DNA from: an uncultured Solirubrobacterales bacterium
GTDB taxonomy: Bacteria; Actinomycetota; Thermoleophilia; Solirubrobacterales; Solirubrobacteraceae
NCBI GenBank assembly: GCA_963744695.1
Contig: CAVUUT010000016.1
Span: 22,238-86,237, forward strand
DNA length: 64,000 bases
Direction of reading: 5' to 3'
Shown here in pieces: positions 22,124 to 33,073 of the stretch. The position numbers and the translations under genes are program-made. The notes below the pieces were generated by a model, which saw only the letters and a program-made list of their open reading frames with translations, was not told the origin of the DNA and ran no database searches. How positions within the stretch are numbered: position 1 is the stretch's first letter; each line of letters starts with the position of its first letter.

Positions 22124-23541
22124 GAGCCGCTCTTCTTCGTGACCTCGGTCGACAACGTCCGTTTCGCGGGCGGGTTGCCGATCACCACACGGCTCGACAG
22201 GTAGTGCTCGTTGCCGGCGGCGCACGCGGCCGGCTGGCCAGGAGAATCTGTGTACGGGTACGGGTTGACGTGCAGCGGTCCGGAGGCAAAGCCGACCGGC
22301 CCCGGGTAGACCTTCTGCGAAGGCTCTGACTCGGCCCCTGGGATGTCATCGATCGCGATCTGGACGAACCGCAGCAGGCCGCCCTGGCTGACGTGCTCGG
22401 ACAGCAGGCTCGAGATGTTGCGCAGGAAGAGCGTCACGTAGTTGCACGACGCCTGCACTGGGGTCAGGAATGCGAGCGGGGCTTTGAGGCTCGACGCCGT
22501 CAGCGTCAGCCGGTCGAGACCAGCCTGGACCCCCGGGGTGGCGCTGTACTTGGCGACGCTCTTGGAGAGGGCGACCGTTCGCTGGTCGAGTCCCGCGGTC
22601 GGCGGCAGCGTGCGCGTCCCGATCTTGAACGCCGATGCGAGCACCGGCGCGCTCTGCGGGAGCGTTTCGGCGCCGGGGCGGAAGTCGTGCAGGAGCGCCG
22701 CGGTATCGAGCAGGAACGGACGGATGATCGGGCTGCCGGCGATCGTCGCTTCGAAGTCCGGCGGCGTTCTGGAGATCGTCTCCTGCAGGGACGGGACCGC
22801 GACGCCCGCCAGCGCTCGGAACGTGGTGGCGAGGTTCCCGAATAGACTCGCCTGCGTCTGCGCCACGGGGACCAGCGCCGCGGTGTAGTTCTCGAGGCCG
22901 CGGAAGAAGCCGCCGAGATCCGTGCGTGGTGCGGCGAGGTTGCGCGCCACGGGAGCGAGATCGGTCAGCAGCGGGACAAACGCTCCGATGGCGTTGTTGA
23001 TGTCGGGGCCGCGTCCCGCCAGCGCCTGGCCGAAACCGATCGTCGACGCCGCCACACCGACGCGGGTCGGCGGCGTGAACATCGACAGGACCCGGTCGAA
23101 GTCGACCGTGCTCCCCGACTGGCTGATCGGGACCGTCGCGCCGTTCGGGAACCCACGAGCAGAGTTTCCGGGCGTGATCGAGAGGTACTTGAGCCCGATC
23201 GCTCCCTTCAGGCGGACCGTGAAGCGCGTATTGACCGCGAGTGGCTTGACGCTCTGGTACATGCTCAGGTTCAGCTGCGCGACCGCGCGGCCGTCGGCCA
23301 GCCGCTCCGGGGTGACGCTCGAGACGACCCCGACCAGCGCGCCGCCGATCCGGACGTCGGTCCCGTGCGTCAGCTCCTCGGCGTTGGAGATCTGGACGTG
23401 GAGGTCGTAGCGCGGGACGAACGGCAGGCCGTTGGTGGCGTTGTAGGCGAGCGTCACGGCGACGATCGTCACGAGCACCGTCAGCGCGCCGATCAGGATC
23501 GGACTGCTGGTGATGCCCGAGCCGGGGGCGCGTCGATTCAC
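22120..23541 (-). CDS. MCE/MlaD family protein (3rd)
   Basis: DVRIGGALVGVV, GAIGLKYLSITPG. Confidence 0.9.
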   Translation of the reverse strand: MNRRAPGSGITSSPILIGALTVLVTIVAVTLAYNATNGLPFVPRYDLHVQISNAEELTHGTDVRIGGALVGVVSSVTPERLADGRAVAQLNLSMYQSVKPLAVNTRFTVRLKGAIGLKYLSITPGNSARGFPNGATVPISQSGSTVDFDRVLSMFTPPTRVGVAASTIGFGQALAGRGPDINNAIGAFVPLLTDLAPVARNLAAPRTDLGGFFRGLENYTAALVPVAQTQASLFGNLATTFRALAGVAVPSLQETISRTPPDFEATIAGSPIIRPFLLDTAALLHDFRPGAETLPQSAPVLASAFKIGTRTLPPTAGLDQRTVALSKSVAKYSATPGVQAGLDRLTLTASSLKAPLAFLTPVQASCNYVTLFLRNISSLLSEHVSQGGLLRFVQIAIDDIPGAESEPSQKVYPGPVGFASGPLHVNPYPYTDSPGQPAACAAGNEHYLSSRVVIGNPPAKRTLSTEVTKKSGS

Positions 23542-24986
23542 TTGCGGCCCCCGACCAGGTACCCCAGCAGGCCCTTCAGGTTCGTCGACCGCCGCGCGTT
23601 TGTGTGCCGGACGGCCCGGGAGATGATGCCGGCGGCGAGGTGCTCGGCGCGGCTGGAGCTCGTGGCTGCACGGGCCGCCACCCGTCGGCCCGCGGCGCGG
23701 GTCGGCGCCGTGGAGACACGGGCGACCGCGGCTCCGGTCGTCGCGCGCGCCGCGGCGGCGCTCGCCGCGGCGCCGAACGTCGACTCGCAGCCCGGTACCG
23801 GTGTGATGGCGTACGTCGTGCAGCTCGAGACCAGCGGCTCGTCACGGACGTAGTGGCCGAGGGTGTTGAAGCCGTTGCCGGCGACAGCGCCGTTGAAGAG
23901 GACGCCCATCAGCTGCTGGATCCCGCCGGTGTTGTCGAGGCTCGTGGTCAGCCGAGCGAGCGACTTGGCGGTCGGCTTGGCGGCGGTGCCGAGCTTGTTG
24001 AGCCGCTGGGCTAGCGGCATCGACGCCAGCAGCGCCGGCTGCGACTCGGCTGACGCGTTGCCGAGGTCGATCAGAGCCTTGCGCGCGGCGCCGGCAAACG
24101 GGGTCAGGTTGGCGAACTGCTCGCCGAGCGCCGAGGCGCTCTTGCCGAGCGTCTGCATCAGCGGGGTTCCCTGGTCGGCGAGCACGCTGAGGTCCGCCAG
24201 CAGCGGCTTGAGCTGGCGCAGGTAGGACGGGAACAGCCTGAACGTCTTCGAAATGTCGGCCGCCCGCTGCGCGCTTGCAACCGAGGTCGTGTTCGCCTGC
24301 GTGACGAACGTCGAGATCTGGTGGCGCTCGCGCGCGAGCGGCGCGAGCACCGTGTCGGAGTCGGTCGCGAGCTGCGCCAGCTGGTGATTCTGGCGGGCGA
24401 GGATCTTGATCACCTTGTCGGTGTCGCCGAGCGCCGGGTTCGCGCGATGGATGACGGCGTTCAGATCCGATCCGCGCGCGGCGAGGCCGGTCCCGAACTC
24501 GTTGATGATCACCCCGAGCGACTGGCGGACCGGCTCCTGGGAGATGTCCTGGACGATGTCGGTGTCGATCGGCGAACTGGTGCGCGTGACCGGCAGGTAG
24601 TGGCTGCCCGTCCCAGGTCCGCTGGTGATCTTCGACAGCGCCGGCGCGCTCGAGGTGCCCGGCTCGCAGTCGACGTACTCTTCGCCGATCAGCGACTGCG
24701 GACGAATCGCGCAGTGGGCATCGGTGTGAAACGGCGTGAAATCCGGGTTGCTGATCGAGATCGTGACCGCGGCGCGGTTGTCGGACGTCACCCCCAGCGA
24801 CTGGATGCTGCCGATGTTGGCGCCGGCGACGCGGACGTCCTCCCCCGTCGCGGCGAACGACGCGTCATCGAAGATCGCGCGCACGAGGTAGGTCGGCTGA
24901 TGCTTCTGGTCAGACGCGCCGGTCGCGACCACGAACACGACCGCGATCGCGCTCAGCACCGCCGCTATCTTCGCGACGCGCCTCAT
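23538..24986 (-). CDS. MCE/MlaD family protein (2nd) with Ala/Arg-rich tail
   Basis: DVRVAGANIGSI, IRPQSLIGEEYVDCEPG. Confidence 0.9.
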   Translation of the reverse strand: MRRVAKIAAVLSAIAVVFVVATGASDQKHQPTYLVRAIFDDASFAATGEDVRVAGANIGSIQSLGVTSDNRAAVTISISNPDFTPFHTDAHCAIRPQSLIGEEYVDCEPGTSSAPALSKITSGPGTGSHYLPVTRTSSPIDTDIVQDISQEPVRQSLGVIINEFGTGLAARGSDLNAVIHRANPALGDTDKVIKILARQNHQLAQLATDSDTVLAPLARERHQISTFVTQANTTSVASAQRAADISKTFRLFPSYLRQLKPLLADLSVLADQGTPLMQTLGKSASALGEQFANLTPFAGAARKALIDLGNASAESQPALLASMPLAQRLNKLGTAAKPTAKSLARLTTSLDNTGGIQQLMGVLFNGAVAGNGFNTLGHYVRDEPLVSSCTTYAITPVPGCESTFGAAASAAAARATTGAAVARVSTAPTRAAGRRVAARAATSSSRAEHLAAGIISRAVRHTNARRSTNLKGLLGYLVGGRK

Positions 24987-26284
24987 GGTCCGGGCGGCAC
25001 CTGGCTCGTCACGCATCCGGGGACCTGCTGCGGCGAGGAGCCGTCGGGGCTCGCCTGCGTCGCGCTCCCCGGACAGCGGTTGCGGACCGCGTGCAGGCCC
25101 TGATAGCGCTGCGACGGGAACTGCATCGTGAGCTGGTTGGCGCTGTTGAGCGTGAATGCGAAGTTCGCCGGCTGAGTGCGCACGTAGTGTCCGTTGGCGT
25201 CGTAGTAGGCGCCCGCCTGGCCGAGGTTGGTCAGCGCCCCGACGACGTCGGGCGTGTAGTTGCGCAGGTAGTCGAGCTGCGGCTGAGAGACGTTGAACTC
25301 CCGCACCAGCCGCGGGAACGTCACCGCGGCGATCCGCTCCAGTGACGGCGCCACGAGCGCCAGCTGCGTCAGGTCACCAGTGCCCGACGGGTTGTGGATC
25401 AGGTCGTCGAGCTGGCTGATCGTCGGGATCGACGCGTCGACGAGCGTGTTGAGCTTGGTCGCGAACTCGGGCAGCCGGCGGACGGCGGGCTTGGACGCGG
25501 CGACCAGCGGGTTCAGCGCGTCCAGTGTCGTCTGCAGGCCGTGGAACGTATGCGTAGCTCTAGTCAGCGTCGGTGGCAGGAGCGTCAGCGTCTGCTCAAG
25601 CGCCTGGCTCTGGCGCGCGATCGCGCCGGTGGCCGTGCTCGTGTTCGAGATCAGCTGCGTCAGCTCCTCGCTGCGCGACGCGAGCGCCTGCATCGCCTTT
25701 GCCCCGTTGACGAGCAGCCCGTCGAACGTCGGGGCGTCGCGGGTCAGCTCCGCGGTCACCTGGCTCGTGCTCTCCAGCCCCGGCGCGAGGTACTCGAGCG
25801 CCTTGTTCGCGAGCTTCCCCTTGTTCTGCAGTGACGCGGCCTCGCCGCGGATCAGCTGTTTGAGGCCGAGACGCGTGAGCGGATCGAGCGCATCGAACAC
25901 CTCGTCGAGGTTGACCATCGAGGTGGTGTGGCTCTGCGGGATCACGCCGCCGTCCTGGATCGCCGGCGCGCTCTGCGGGCCCGGCTCGAGCGAGACGTAC
26001 TTGCTCGCGATCCCCGACAGCGAGTCCTCGAAGATCCGCGCGGCCGTTCCCTGGTGCAACGTGCCGACGTCGGAATTGAGGGACAGCTTCACGTCCGCGG
26101 ACCCGGACGGCGTCAGCCCGATCGAGTTGACCGTACCCACCTTGTTCGGGCCGATGAACACCAGATCGCCGGTGACCAGGCCGCTCGCGTCCTGGAACTC
26201 GGCGTGCAGCGAATAACTCGGCCCGCTTTCGAGCACGATCAATGCGACGACGACGACGGCCGCGAACAGCGCCAGGATTGCCAC
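24983..26284 (-). CDS. MCE/MlaD family protein (1st); the true start may be ATC at 26380
   Basis: DASGLVTGDLVFIGPNKVGTV, SLSGIASKYVSLEPG. Confidence 0.9.
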   Translation of the reverse strand: MAILALFAAVVVVALIVLESGPSYSLHAEFQDASGLVTGDLVFIGPNKVGTVNSIGLTPSGSADVKLSLNSDVGTLHQGTAARIFEDSLSGIASKYVSLEPGPQSAPAIQDGGVIPQSHTTSMVNLDEVFDALDPLTRLGLKQLIRGEAASLQNKGKLANKALEYLAPGLESTSQVTAELTRDAPTFDGLLVNGAKAMQALASRSEELTQLISNTSTATGAIARQSQALEQTLTLLPPTLTRATHTFHGLQTTLDALNPLVAASKPAVRRLPEFATKLNTLVDASIPTISQLDDLIHNPSGTGDLTQLALVAPSLERIAAVTFPRLVREFNVSQPQLDYLRNYTPDVVGALTNLGQAGAYYDANGHYVRTQPANFAFTLNSANQLTMQFPSQRYQGLHAVRNRCPGSATQASPDGSSPQQVPGCVTSQVPPGP

Positions 26285-26546
26285 CCCACGGGTCGCGAGG
26301 CTGACCGTGTCGGGGCGGCGACGGCTGGCTGATGTGGAGCCTGATCCCTGGTCTCCGTTCGTGCTGCCGTGCGCGCTGATCTCCTTCTCCTCCTCTAATT
26401 CCGCGCCATCCCCTACTAAGGCGGGGCATGATCCTGTCAGAGCGCGAGGCTGCGCGCCAATCGGAACCGTTCGCTCCTAAACGACGTCTCGCCGGTCCGC
26501 AGACGTACCACGCGCGCCCGGGGCGCGGTCCGCGGACGTACCGTTC

Positions 26547-27587
26547 TCAGAGTTGCGCGGCGGCCGCCGCGGCGGCGACCTGGTGGCCGGCGGCGGGCCG
26601 TTTCCGGCTCGCGGAGGAGATCATCAGCGCCGCGCCGATCCCGCCGCTCAGATCGCCGAGCCCGGCGACCCTGACGGCCGGTGGGCGATCATCGTTGAAG
26701 AGATGCGGATGCATCGCGTTCGAGATCCGCTCGGCCATCGGCGCCCCGAAGCGCACCCCGAGGCCGCCGCCGATGACCACCGCCTCGACGTCGAGCAGAT
26801 TGACGGCGGACGCGATGCCGGCGCCGAGCGCCTCGACGGCGCGATCGATCAGTTCGGTCGCGAGCTGATCCTGCTGGTCGAGCGCGTGTGCCCAGATCGC
26901 ACTCGTCAGCCGCGTGCGCCCGTGCTGCTTCATCAGCTTGAACAGGTCAGTCTTGGTGCCCTTGTCGTGCTCGCGCCGCGCGCGCGCCTCCATCGCCGCT
27001 CGGCCGGCATAGGCCTCCATGCAGCCACGCCGTCCGCACGGGCAGTGCGCTCCACCGAGCCGGACGACCATGTGACCGATCTCGCCCGCGCCGCCGCGCC
27101 CGAGCCACGGCTTGCCGTTGAGGATCAGCCCGCCGCCGACGCCGGTGCCCCAGAAGACGCCGAGCAGCGACTTGTACGGCTTGCCGGCGCCGAGCTTGAA
27201 CTCGGCCTGGGTCGCGACCTGGACGTCGTTGCCGACCACGACCGGCGTTCCGAGCGCATCCGAGAGCGCGTTGCCGAGCTCGAACGGCTCCAGCCAGTTG
27301 GGCAGGTTACGCGCGTTGGCGACGACGCCCGTCTCCTCGTCGACGTCACCCGGCGACCCGACTCCAACGCCCTGCAACGCGTCGGACTCGACGCCGGCCT
27401 CCTCGGCCGCCCCGTGCATCGCTGCCGCCATCGCCTCGGCGACATCGGCCGGTCCGCCAGCGGTCGGGGTCGGCTGGCGGGCCTGCCCGACGACGCGATG
27501 GCGGCTGTCGACGACGATCGCTTCGATCTTCGTGCCCCCGAGATCGATCCCGCCCCGCAGTCTTCTCGCCGGTCGCGTGCCTTGCAT
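26547..27587 (-). CDS. ROK family sugar kinase (glucokinase-like)
   Basis: GIDLGGTK, GNDV, GTGVGGG, GEIGH and Zn motif CPCGRRGCMEAY. Confidence 0.92.
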   Translation of the reverse strand: MQGTRPARRLRGGIDLGGTKIEAIVVDSRHRVVGQARQPTPTAGGPADVAEAMAAAMHGAAEEAGVESDALQGVGVGSPGDVDEETGVVANARNLPNWLEPFELGNALSDALGTPVVVGNDVQVATQAEFKLGAGKPYKSLLGVFWGTGVGGGLILNGKPWLGRGGAGEIGHMVVRLGGAHCPCGRRGCMEAYAGRAAMEARARREHDKGTKTDLFKLMKQHGRTRLTSAIWAHALDQQDQLATELIDRAVEALGAGIASAVNLLDVEAVVIGGGLGVRFGAPMAERISNAMHPHLFNDDRPPAVRVAGLGDLSGGIGAALMISSASRKRPAAGHQVAAAAAAAQL

Positions 27588-27669
27588 CCTGTCGGCAGGC
27601 TACATCAGAGAGAGGCGTCCAAAGCGGCCGTCCTTCGCCGCGGGTCGCGGTCGGCCCGCGCGACCGCAG

Positions 27670-28938
27670 CTAGCCCCAGGACTCGCGGTAGGACTCCTGT
27701 TCGGCTGTCGGCTCGTCGATCGCCACCCCGAGCGCCTCGAGCTTGAGCCGCCCGACCTCGCGGTCGATCGCGGCCGGCACCGGGTGCACGCCGGGCTCGA
27801 GCTCGCCACGGCGGCGCACGAGCTCCTCGAGAGCGAGCGCCTGAAGGGCGAACGAGACGTCCATCACCGCCGCCGGATGCCCTTCGGCGGCGGCAAGGTT
27901 GACCACCCGCCCGCGGGCGAGCAGGTTGAGCCGCCGTCCGTCGGCGAGCACGTACTCCTCGACCAGGCGCTTGACCTCGCGCATCCCGCCGGTCGCGAGC
28001 TCGCGCAGCTCGTCGAGGTCGAGCTCGACGTCGAAGTGGCCTGCGTTGGCGAGCACCGCCCCATCCTTCATCCGCTCGAAGTGCTCGCCGCGCAGCACCC
28101 GCCGCGAGCCGGTGACGGTCACGAACACGTCGCCGCGCTCGGCGGCCTGGAGCGAGGGCATCACCTCGTAGCCCGCCATCCGTGCCTCGAGCGCGCGCAG
28201 TGGCTCGACCTCGCACACGATCACGGCCGCGCCGGCGCCGCGCGCGCGTTCCGCGACGCCCTGGCCGGCCCATCCGTAGCCGACCACGACGAGCGTGTTG
28301 CCCGCGAGCAGCACGCCCGAGGCCCGCACGATCCCGTCAAGCGCGGACTGTCCGGTCCCGTGGCGATCGTTGAGCGCCCGCTCGGTGCGCGCCTCGTTGA
28401 CCGCGAGCACCGGACAGCGGAGCTTGCCCTCCTCGTCGAGCCGGCGCAGGCGTACGAGTCCGGTGGTCGTCTCCTCGGTGCCGCCGATCAGCCCGTCCAC
28501 GAGCTCGCCGCCCTTGGCGTGGGCCGTGACGAGCAGGTCGGCGCCGTCGTCGATCGTGATCTGCGGCTTGCCCTCGAGCAGCGCCACCACGTGCGCGACG
28601 TACGTGTCGAGATCCTCGCCCCGCACCGCCCGGACCTCGACCCCGTCGTCGAGGACCAGCGCGGCAGCGACGTCGTCCTGGGTCGAGAGCGGGTTGGCCG
28701 AGCAGAGCGCGACCGCGGCGCCGCCGGCCTTCAGCGCTCGCACCAGGTTCGCGGTCTCGGCGGTGACGTGCAGGCAGGCCGCGATCCGAATCCCGTCCAG
28801 CGGCCGCTGCGCCGCGAAGCGCTCGCCGATCCGCGCCAGCACCGGCATCTGCCCGGCGGCCCAGCCGATCCGCGCGCGGCCGTCGTCCGCGAGCGCGAGG
28901 TCGGCTACGTCATGCCGGGCAACCGACGCTCGCGCCAT
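27670..28938 (-). CDS. Adenosylhomocysteinase-like paralogue (short, archaeal-type) with substituted catalytic residues
   Basis: CLHVT, SANPLSTQDDVA, DDGAD, EETTTG, GYGWAG, NAGHFD, AEGHP are present; the K-x3-DN motif reads E-RAL-ND. Confidence 0.85.
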   Translation of the reverse strand: MARASVARHDVADLALADDGRARIGWAAGQMPVLARIGERFAAQRPLDGIRIAACLHVTAETANLVRALKAGGAAVALCSANPLSTQDDVAAALVLDDGVEVRAVRGEDLDTYVAHVVALLEGKPQITIDDGADLLVTAHAKGGELVDGLIGGTEETTTGLVRLRRLDEEGKLRCPVLAVNEARTERALNDRHGTGQSALDGIVRASGVLLAGNTLVVVGYGWAGQGVAERARGAGAAVIVCEVEPLRALEARMAGYEVMPSLQAAERGDVFVTVTGSRRVLRGEHFERMKDGAVLANAGHFDVELDLDELRELATGGMREVKRLVEEYVLADGRRLNLLARGRVVNLAAAEGHPAAVMDVSFALQALALEELVRRRGELEPGVHPVPAAIDREVGRLKLEALGVAIDEPTAEQESYRESWG

Positions 28939-28950
28939 CTGCGGTCGAGA

Positions 28951-30402
<1,452 letters not shown>

Positions 30403-30431
30403 GCTTTCTCCGGGTTCGTCATCGTCTTATC

Positions 30432-30453
30432 GCGCTCGCGCTACCGCGAGCGC
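30432..30453. other. Hairpin in the merR-ahcY intergenic region
   Basis: GCGCTCGCG-CTAC-CGCGAGCGC, a 9-bp perfect stem upstream of the ahcY SD. Confidence 0.45.
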
Positions 30454-30467
30454 ACCGACGGCAGCGC

Positions 30468-30821
30468 TCACGCCACCGCGGCCAGCAGCTTCTGATGCTT
30501 GTCCTGCTCGAAGCGCAGCCAGTCCTCGGCGTCGACGTCCTCCGGACGCCGGGCTTCGGACGCAAGCCACGCCGCGACGGCCTCGCGCAGCTCGACATCG
30601 GTCGCCATGCGAGCCGCGAACGCCACGTCGGAGAGACCGATCTCGAACCGTGCCAACAGCTCCTTGAGCGTGCGCAGGCGCTGCAGTTCGGCGGCGCCGT
30701 AGAGGCGATAGCCGGACGCGGAGCGGGCCGGGGCGACGAGCCCCGCCTGCTCGACATAGCGCAGCATTCTCGGCGACCAGCCGGTCGTGGTTGCCGCCTC
30801 GTTGATGGTCAGCATCTCCAT
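30468..30821 (-). CDS. Small MerR-family transcriptional regulator
   Basis: LTINEAATTTGWSPRMLRYVEQAGLV...RSASGYRLY MerR HTH; about 117 aa, no Cys metal ligands. Confidence 0.88.
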   Translation of the reverse strand: MEMLTINEAATTTGWSPRMLRYVEQAGLVAPARSASGYRLYGAAELQRLRTLKELLARFEIGLSDVAFAARMATDVELREAVAAWLASEARRPEDVDAEDWLRFEQDKHQKLLAAVA

Positions 30822-30822
30822 G

Positions 30823-30860
30823 CGCCCCAACCCTACCACGATCGTGTCAAGGTTGGGGCG
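30823..30860. promoter_or_regulatory. Dyad operator over the leaderless merR promoter
   Basis: CGCCCCAACC-CTAC-CACGATCGTG-TCAA-GGTTGGGGCG: 10-bp outer arms plus a central palindrome. The minus strand contains TTGACA and a TAGGGT 8 nt before the ATG. Confidence 0.65.
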
Positions 30861-31949
30861 TTATCTATCTGCCGCTAGCGCCTGCTTGAGGCGCTCGAGC
30901 CCCGAGATCGACGCCGGATCGACGCCTTTGAGGATCGCGAGGTAGAGCGATACGAGATCGCCGAGCAGCACGAGCGAGACGAGGCGCTCGATCCGCGTCT
31001 CCCCCACCGTCGCGAGCCGTTCGGTGGCCACCCCATGGCTGGCGATCTGCTCGCGGGTCAGTTCGATCCTGGTTCGCACCCGGGGATGGAGGTCGGAGTC
31101 GTCGAGCAGCACGGCGCTGAAGCGGCCGAGTCCGGCTGCCCCCTCCCAGCCGACGAGCTCGTTGTGATCGAGTTCGGGCAGCACGTTGTAGAAGCACGGC
31201 ATCTTCGCGTTCTCGTTGATCTGCGTCTTCCAGCGGTAGGCGATCGGCGCCGTGAGGTCCGCACCGGCGATATGCGGAATCGTCCCCAGCAGTGATCGCG
31301 CGACGCGCTTGGCCAGCGAGTCCTCGGCGGCGTCCGGTCCCCACTGCGTCGCGAGCTCGCCGGCGTGCGCTGCCGCGACGTCGATCTCGGTGTGCAGGCG
31401 CTCGCTGACGCCGACGAGCGCCGCGACCTCGAGCGCGACGGCGAGCGTGTAGCCGACGGTCGCGCGCGGCTGGTAGCCGCCGGGGAGGGGCACGACCGCG
31501 ACGCCGTCCGCGCGCGCGGCGGCTGCCAATTGGCCACCGGTCGTGCAGACGATCCGGTGCGCGCCGAGCGCGCCGGCCGCCTCGTAGGCGGCGAGCGTCT
31601 CCTCGGTCTCTCCCGAGTAGCTGCAGCAGAGGACGGTCGTGTCGGGGGCCGTCCACGGTGGCAGCACGTAGTCGCGGGCGCACGCCATCGGCCGCAGCGC
31701 ACGGTCCCCGAGCGCCGCGATCGCGAGCGCGCCGCCGATCCCCGACCCGCCCATGCCGGCGATGATCAGGCCGCCCCGCGAATCGTGCGCGGCCAGGTTC
31801 GCCGACTCGACCCGCCACAGCGCGTCGCGCAGGTGCTCCGGCGAATCGAGCACGTCGGCCAGCTGCCCACTCGGGTCAATCGGCGTGATCCCCTCACGGC
31901 TCAGCTCAGGCAGCTCGCCCGCTGCGCCGCCCCGATCGGCAACGCTCAA
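30861..31949 (-). CDS. Bifunctional phosphoglucose/phosphomannose isomerase
   Basis: GMGGSGIGG, SYSGETEET, RWKTQINENAK, PELDHNE; TTG start overlaps the upstream stop. Confidence 0.92.
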   Translation of the reverse strand: MSVADRGGAAGELPELSREGITPIDPSGQLADVLDSPEHLRDALWRVESANLAAHDSRGGLIIAGMGGSGIGGALAIAALGDRALRPMACARDYVLPPWTAPDTTVLCCSYSGETEETLAAYEAAGALGAHRIVCTTGGQLAAAARADGVAVVPLPGGYQPRATVGYTLAVALEVAALVGVSERLHTEIDVAAAHAGELATQWGPDAAEDSLAKRVARSLLGTIPHIAGADLTAPIAYRWKTQINENAKMPCFYNVLPELDHNELVGWEGAAGLGRFSAVLLDDSDLHPRVRTRIELTREQIASHGVATERLATVGETRIERLVSLVLLGDLVSLYLAILKGVDPASISGLERLKQALAADR

Positions 31950-33055
31950 AACGACACCGCTCGTTCGGGCAGCTCCACGCCGGGGAAGATACGCATGCCC
32001 GCGGTTAGGACGTTGCCCGCCCCCACCTTGACGTTCTCGCCGAGGACGACGCCACGATCGATCCGGCAGTGGTCGCCGACCGTCACGCCCGGTCCGAGAA
32101 TCGCCGCACTTACCCGCGAGCCGGCGCCCACCCGGCAACCCTCGAGCAGCACGGAGCCGTCGACGTGGGCCCCGGACTCGATCCGGACGCCGCCGCCGAG
32201 GACGGTCCGCCCGCCGATCGTCGCGCTCGGCGCCACCACGCAGTCAGGTCCAATCATCGCCGGTCCGAGGACGCTCCCGGCGATCGCGGCGCCATCCCCC
32301 TGCTGGAGCGTCCCACCGGACTGCGCCAGCTGCCGGCCGATCTCGGTCCTGACATCGCCGCCGAGGATGTCGAAGGTGGCCTGCAGGTAGCGCTCCGGCG
32401 TGCCGATGTCGAGCCAGTATCCGACCAACTCGTGGCCGTAGAGCCCCTTGTCGACCAGCTCCGGGAACACCTCGCGCTCGATCGAGAGCTTGGTCCCCGC
32501 GGGCGGCAGCGAATTGAGCACCTCGCGCTCGATGATGTACATGCCGGCGTTGATCAGCGTCGAGTCGATCTCGTCCGGGCTGGGCTTCTCGACGAACTCG
32601 GTCACCGCGCCGTGCCGATCGCGCCTGACGAGGCCATATGCGGACGGATCCTCGACCCCGATCAGCCCCAGCGTGACCCGCGCGCCCGTGCGCTCGTGTT
32701 GCGCGAGCTGTGCGGTCAGGTCGAGATCGGTGAGGATGTCGCCGTTGAGCATTACGAAGCGGTCGTGCAGCAGGTCCTCGGCGAGCTTGAGCGCGCCGCC
32801 GGTCCCAAGTGGCCGCGGCTCCTCGACGTAATGCAGCCTGAGCCCGAGCGCCGACCCGTCGCCGAGCACGCGGCGCACGCCGTCAGCCATGAACCCGCAC
32901 GACAGGATCGCCTCGTCCACGCCGTGTCCGCGCAGCCATTCGAGCATGTACGAGATCAGCGGTCGCCCGACGAGCGGCACGACCGGCTTGGGAATGGTCG
33001 ACGTGAGCGGACGGAGCCTGGTCCCCTCGCCGCCCGCGAGGATCAGCGCCTGCAT
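31946..33055 (-). CDS. Mannose-1-phosphate guanylyltransferase / NDP-sugar synthase
   Basis: LILAGGEGTRLRPLT..PKP, EEPRPLGTGG, FVEKP, hexapeptide-repeat C-terminus. Confidence 0.92.
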   Translation of the reverse strand: MQALILAGGEGTRLRPLTSTIPKPVVPLVGRPLISYMLEWLRGHGVDEAILSCGFMADGVRRVLGDGSALGLRLHYVEEPRPLGTGGALKLAEDLLHDRFVMLNGDILTDLDLTAQLAQHERTGARVTLGLIGVEDPSAYGLVRRDRHGAVTEFVEKPSPDEIDSTLINAGMYIIEREVLNSLPPAGTKLSIEREVFPELVDKGLYGHELVGYWLDIGTPERYLQATFDILGGDVRTEIGRQLAQSGGTLQQGDGAAIAGSVLGPAMIGPDCVVAPSATIGGRTVLGGGVRIESGAHVDGSVLLEGCRVGAGSRVSAAILGPGVTVGDHCRIDRGVVLGENVKVGAGNVLTAGMRIFPGVELPERAVSF

Positions 33056-33073
33056 GCGATCACCACGGCGTGA

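Noticed and set aside
30403-30467. SAH riboswitch upstream of ahcY
   Set aside because: Only a simple hairpin in 65 nt; I could not see the conserved aptamer core or pseudoknot. An Rfam scan would settle it.
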